From: Psammoneis japonica
Taxonomy: Eukaryota
Reading direction: 5' to 3'
NCBI GenBank assembly: GCA_008632985.1
Contig: QPGO01000053.1
Coordinates: 248,001-312,000 of the forward strand
Length of the DNA: 64,000 nt
Shown piece after piece: positions 59,253 to 64,000 of this stretch (its first letter is position 1; each line of letters begins with the position of its first letter). The notes under the pieces are model-generated. The model had not been told where the DNA came from. It saw only the letters and a list, made by a program, of their open reading frames with translations, and made no database searches. Position numbers and translations under genes: made by a program.

Positions 59253-61514
59253 GATGATGGCGCCGATGAAGATGAGGAACATGACGCATCGATAAGAGAA
59301 TCTCAGCTCAATCTCCATGCCAAACAGCGTCGGTTCCGAAAAACGATCTTTGCTTGTTCCGTGGAATCAACAGAGGGGTGGGAGCCACCGGTGCATCCCA
59401 AAGACAAGGCAAGTAAAGAGTTTATTGACGAATCACTCGGTGGAAACTTCATCTTTGATACGTTGGAGCCTGTGGAACGGCAACATTTGATTGATGCGAT
59501 GGAACTAGAACAGGTCGAAGAGAGCACACACATTATCAATCAGGGAGATTCCGGTGACTTCTTTTACATTGTACAAGATGGGCAAGTGAACTTTATTGCT
59601 GATGGGCAAAACGTGGGTTCTTGCAAAAAGGGTGGATCGTTTGGTGAACTTGCGTTGTTGTATAATTGTCCACGGGCGGCGACTTGCATTGCTGCGTCGG
59701 ACTGTAAGCTTTGGAAGCTTGATCAGCGCACCTTTCGGACCGTTCTAGTCAACAAGGCTCGGAACGAACAGCAGGATATCGCCGGTATTCTCGACAAGGT
59801 CCCGCTCTTGTCTCAACTGGACACCTCTATGAAACGTCAACTGGCCGACGCTCTAATTGTGACGAAATTTTCAGAGGGTACCAGAATTGTGAACAAGGGC
59901 GACTCAGGAAACATCTTTTATATTGTCAAGGAGGGTACCGTTCGAGTTCATGATATTGGGCTTGGTCACAGTGAGTTTGTCGATCAAATCCTTACATCAG
60001 GGGGTTGGTTTGGAGAGCGGGCGTTATTAACGGGCGAACCACGCGCCGCCAATGTAACCGCAGTCTCGGATGTTGTCGCTTTAGCGTTGACTCGAGAGAA
60101 TTTTCAAACGACCTTTGGATCACTTCAATTTCTCATGGACTTGGAGGCAAAGAAGGAAATTCTTCGGGGTGTGCCCATTTTTGCCAACTCGAGTTTTGAA
60201 AGCCATGAATTCCATCAGTTGGCTGCACTTGCCAACGAAATGTGCTACCGGGCGGGTGACACTCTGGTCAAACGAGGACAAGTCAGCAAGCAAGAACTCT
60301 TTGTCATTGTCAAGGGACGTTTGTTGGTTGCTGATAAGAATGGGAAGCTCATAAAGCTTGCACAAGGGGATTACTACGGCGCTGACTGCGTCAAACTGAA
60401 GCCGGGTACGATTTGCAATGAGGAGGTTACAGTGGACGAGAATACCACATGTTGGGTGCTTACCAAGGACAATATTGTGAGCGTCATCGGTGACATTCGT
60501 CGTCTTGGAGAGCCTATTCCATACATGACTTCGTCGATGAGCTCAAAGATCAAGTTCAAGGATCTTAAGAAGCATCGTGTATTGGGCATGGGAGCCTTTG
60601 GAAAAGTATGGCTGGTTACGTACACAAAAACCAACAAACCCTACGCACTAAAAGCAATGAGCAAAAGACAACTGATAAAGGCGAATCAAGCCAAAGGCGT
60701 GCTCAGGGAGAAAAACGTCATGTCTTCCATCGAGCATCCTTTCATTTTAAATATGGTGTCGTCATTCCAAGATCCAAACTATTTGTACCTTCTGATGGAG
60801 CTCATTCAAGGCGGCGAGCTGTTCGATGTGATTCATTCGAGAAACAAGGAAGGTATCAGCGAGGAGAGTGCGAGATTCTATGGAGCGTGCATTGCCGAGG
60901 CGTTGAGCTACATGCACAAGCGAAGCATTGCTTTTCGAGATTTGAAACCTGAGAATGTCTTAATTGATGAAAAGGGATATTGCGTTGTGGTTGATATGGG
61001 TTTTGCCAAGATTGTCGTTGATAAGACATACACACTTTGTGGCACGCCCGAATATCTAGCTCCTGAAATCATCATGTCCAGAGGCCACGATCACTCTGTT
61101 GATTGGTGGGCGTTTGGAATCCTACTGTACGAAATGCTTGTGGGCAAATCTCCTTTCTTCTTTCATGGAATAGATCAAGTGAGCATGTTTAAGCGTATTG
61201 TGATGGTCAAATACAAGTGCCCGGCTTCCGTCCCATCGGAAGCGCAAGACTTTATTGGGCGTGTTCTCGTACGAAAGACAACCGATCGCATCGGACGGCT
61301 CGCGGGTGGATCTAGCGACATTAAGAACCACCCATTCTTCGCTTCTGTTAACTTTAAGGACTTGGTAAAGAAGAAACAGAAGGCACCGTGGGTTCCATCA
61401 ATCAAGGATCCGTTGGATTCTTCTCATTTTGGAAACTTCAAAGATGCCGAGCGGCCTGAAACGTTCTCGTTCGACTTGAGTCGCGATGAGCAAGCTATCT
61501 TTAAAGACTTTTAG
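59253..61514 (+). CDS. Cyclic-nucleotide-regulated Ser/Thr kinase (three cNMP-binding domains fused to an AGC kinase; PKG-like architecture); first exon(s) upstream not resolved
   Basis: FGELALLYNCPRAAT, FGERALLTGEPRAAN, GMGAFGKV, RDLKPEN, DMGFAK and TLCGTPEYLAPE; splice acceptor TTTTACAG at 59252. Confidence 0.92.
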   Translation, partial: DDGADEDEEHDASIRESQLNLHAKQRRFRKTIFACSVESTEGWEPPVHPKDKASKEFIDESLGGNFIFDTLEPVERQHLIDAMELEQVEESTHIINQGDSGDFFYIVQDGQVNFIADGQNVGSCKKGGSFGELALLYNCPRAATCIAASDCKLWKLDQRTFRTVLVNKARNEQQDIAGILDKVPLLSQLDTSMKRQLADALIVTKFSEGTRIVNKGDSGNIFYIVKEGTVRVHDIGLGHSEFVDQILTSGGWFGERALLTGEPRAANVTAVSDVVALALTRENFQTTFGSLQFLMDLEAKKEILRGVPIFANSSFESHEFHQLAALANEMCYRAGDTLVKRGQVSKQELFVIVKGRLLVADKNGKLIKLAQGDYYGADCVKLKPGTICNEEVTVDENTTCWVLTKDNIVSVIGDIRRLGEPIPYMTSSMSSKIKFKDLKKHRVLGMGAFGKVWLVTYTKTNKPYALKAMSKRQLIKANQAKGVLREKNVMSSIEHPFILNMVSSFQDPNYLYLLMELIQGGELFDVIHSRNKEGISEESARFYGACIAEALSYMHKRSIAFRDLKPENVLIDEKGYCVVVDMGFAKIVVDKTYTLCGTPEYLAPEIIMSRGHDHSVDWWAFGILLYEMLVGKSPFFFHGIDQVSMFKRIVMVKYKCPASVPSEAQDFIGRVLVRKTTDRIGRLAGGSSDIKNHPFFASVNFKDLVKKKQKAPWVPSIKDPLDSSHFGNFKDAERPETFSFDLSRDEQAIFKDF

Positions 61515-61801
61515 TGAGAGTTACAAATAATGTTGGTATAATCACTCAGAGTACTAGCTAGAGAGAATCGGAGCTTCCAAGCTGGTATACCGGTATGTTT
61601 GAATTGAAAGGACTAACTGTCGTTCGCCTTGGGGCAAAAGTCGAACAGTCTTTTCCCCGTTTCGCACGATCTTTGCGAAGCCTTAGGAGACCAAAAGATT
61701 TAGTCTGCTTTATGTCTACTCTAGATATACTCTAGAAATGTATTCATTATTTTTTAATGGTTTTACACAATTGTGCTTTGCTACAAAAGGTTGAAAAATG
61801 T

Positions 61802-62465
61802 CTACAACACCTGGTCACCTCCGTCGCATCCGCCGTCGTATCCACCACCATCGTATCCGCCATCGTCGCCACCACCACTGCTGCTGGTGTCATAGTCACC
61901 ACCAGAGTTCGAATCTGAGAAGAGTTGGCCCGTTTCTTGATAACTTTCGAGATAGCAGCAAAGATAATAGTAGTCGCTATTGTCATAACTGACTGCTGTC
62001 CTCTTTCTTCTCTGGTTGTTCTGAGTCTTGGCTTCACCAGGAGTGTCATAAGCTCCAACCATGTAGTCTGCTGGGGGATCTATTTTTGCTGGCCAATAGC
62101 GAAATGCTCCATCCAAAGAATCATCAATCCTCACATTTCCGCTCATGATTCCCTTGTTGTTGACGCTGGCGGCGTATTCAACCTTGTGTTTGCCGTCGGT
62201 CTGCGCAAATTGGCAAGCGACTCCATGGATATCTGTCATATACGTCCCCTTGAAGATAATGCAGTACCCATTCTTGAAACTTCTGCCGCTGATCTTGCCA
62301 CTACGAAACTCCAAATGAGCTGAAATGTGACCGTAACTCGATGCCTTTGATGTCATTTTGCAATCTCCATTCCAATCACCGGAAGGCAACACAGGGTTCG
62401 TGTCTTTTGGACCCACATGCTCGCAACAGCTTGCAACTGGAGTAAGTGGATTGTCCGCAGCCCAT
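61802..62465 (-). CDS. Small protein with possible N-acylation start (MGCGQS) and Gly/Asp-rich tail; 1-nt frameshift near 62443
   Basis: ATG at 62465 gives MGCGQST; the main ORF 61802-62416 is in another frame; tail DDGGYDGGGYDGGCDGGD. Confidence 0.55.
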
Positions 62466-63258
62466 GATGATTGTGTGGCTTGTGTTCTTTTGTGGCGAAG
62501 TTTTGTGTGAGAGTTTTCTTCGGCGTGGTGGTGAAATTGGGTTTTTGATTCGCGGTTTTACAGTAGTCGCACTTGTGTTATTGGTTACGTGTTTTTGGAT
62601 ATTTTCGATGACTTTGAAACTGTGGAACACTTGGGGGTCGCGATTTGGAGTTTTTGACCCCCAGACCTATTTTAATGCACGCCCACATGTCTGTAGAATG
62701 CATTAAAATACCAACGGTCCAAATCAGGTCGTGTTTAGCATGTCAAAAGTGTTCCACAATTTCGGTTGCTCGCCAATCAAAGAAATGAGGCACAACATTA
62801 ATTATTTTAATAATTATATATATTTCAATGATCACACCCAAAACTCATACCTCATCTTCCGAAAAAACCGCCAGAGCTTACCCCCCCATTCCCCCCCCAC
62901 GGAATGAGCAGACTCAGCTTTCCATCGATGTATCGCATGTGGGGTAACTGTGCGTACAAAATTTCAACTCATCATAAATACTCAAGTGCACGGTAGGGAA
63001 ACTACCCACTTCATCCCTGGAAGCTGCGCCTGCCTGGGCAAAGGGCAAAGTGACCTGGTCAGTCGTGTATGGGTCGTGGCGGATATACTGAAATACCTAC
63101 GTACGTACTGATTTATTTGGATTCCGGATTCCTCTTCATTCATCATCATCGACACGCGGGGGCTGACGGACAAGTGAGGTAGGAGTGAGGAGTCGTCGTC
63201 GAAGTCCGCGATCCGCGAAAAGAAGCGTGAGGCGTGAGGAGTGAGGAGAGAGTCGACC

Positions 63259-63984
63259 ATGGCGAGAACGCACGCAGTTAGTTGTATGGCAAGAGCATTA
63301 TCTCCACATAGATCATGCCAGAATCTACTGCCTTTGTACAGGTCTTTTTTTGCATCGTCCACAGACCACACAACACTCGTTGCGAACGCCGTAGTGCACG
63401 TGCTTCCAAGCGGCGATGACAAGATTCGCCAGTACATGCTGGTGGCCGACAACATGCCGGTAGATGTAGTGGCAAAGGAACCAAAATTGGGTTTGGCTCG
63501 TTTGTTTGTTGAAGGGAATGCCATGTTTGGAGTCAAAGTGATCAATCGCGCCTTGGGAAAACCGGTAGATGTTTGTGGAAAATTGGTGGACGCCGCCATG
63601 TCTGACATTAGCACGGGACAACCGACTGCACTTGCATCGTTGGATGGCCTTTGCAGTTGGGTAGAAAAGGGGATTATTAAAAACGACAGTCCACTCTTGA
63701 AAGAATTGCAAACACACGACAAGGATGCATTTGAGGCTGTAGAAGCGATCGCGACGGGCAAGCCACGACCCGGTCACCAAGTGCTGGGACAAGGCACGTT
63801 TCGAGACGGCCAGGACGGATGGGAGGCTTTGGCAGCCGAATTTGTAGATCAGGGCTTATCGGACGAGTCTGAGCTATATCTGTCCAAGGGTGGCAAGTTG
63901 GCAGCGATTGAATCTCTCGCCGATACATCAAAAGACTACTTGTCAAGTGCAGGCGGTGCCATGGCACGTTTTTCTTTCTCATGA
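63259..63984 (+). CDS. Hypothetical protein with a possible mitochondrial transit peptide
   Basis: 241-aa ORF with an Arg/Ser-rich, acid-free N-terminus. Confidence 0.7.
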   Translation: MARTHAVSCMARALSPHRSCQNLLPLYRSFFASSTDHTTLVANAVVHVLPSGDDKIRQYMLVADNMPVDVVAKEPKLGLARLFVEGNAMFGVKVINRALGKPVDVCGKLVDAAMSDISTGQPTALASLDGLCSWVEKGIIKNDSPLLKELQTHDKDAFEAVEAIATGKPRPGHQVLGQGTFRDGQDGWEALAAEFVDQGLSDESELYLSKGGKLAAIESLADTSKDYLSSAGGAMARFSFS

Positions 63985-64000
63985 GGAATAGTCGTAGTAT

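Overview
Eukaryotic genomic DNA, most likely a pennate diatom (inferred from short GT-AG introns, CoDi-type Copia elements and diatom-style gene families). About 18 host genes are present, including eIF2B delta, CCT3, a PhoX/DUF839-like enzyme, a GACC-repeat secreted protein, NAGPA-like and FAD/berberine-type enzymes, two bestrophin-like duplicates and a cNMP-regulated kinase. They are interrupted by transposon-derived blocks at about 10.3-21.5 kb, 39.8-50.5 kb and 52.5-55.6 kb. Two full-length Copia LTR retrotransposons with matching 5-bp TSDs can be delimited: a young one (13017-20122) and an old one (41289-47919). The main discovery is a repeat-restricted mutational process that converts TpA to TpG/CpA, i.e. 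A:T->G:C on both strands, opposite in direction to fungal RIP. It turns conserved Tyr codons into Cys/His and differs between paired LTRs, so it acts after integration. It runs ahead of CpG loss, spares TTA/TAA contexts, stops sharply at block borders and does not touch duplicated host genes. All counts are by eye. Several single-base frameshifts in host genes may be assembly errors.
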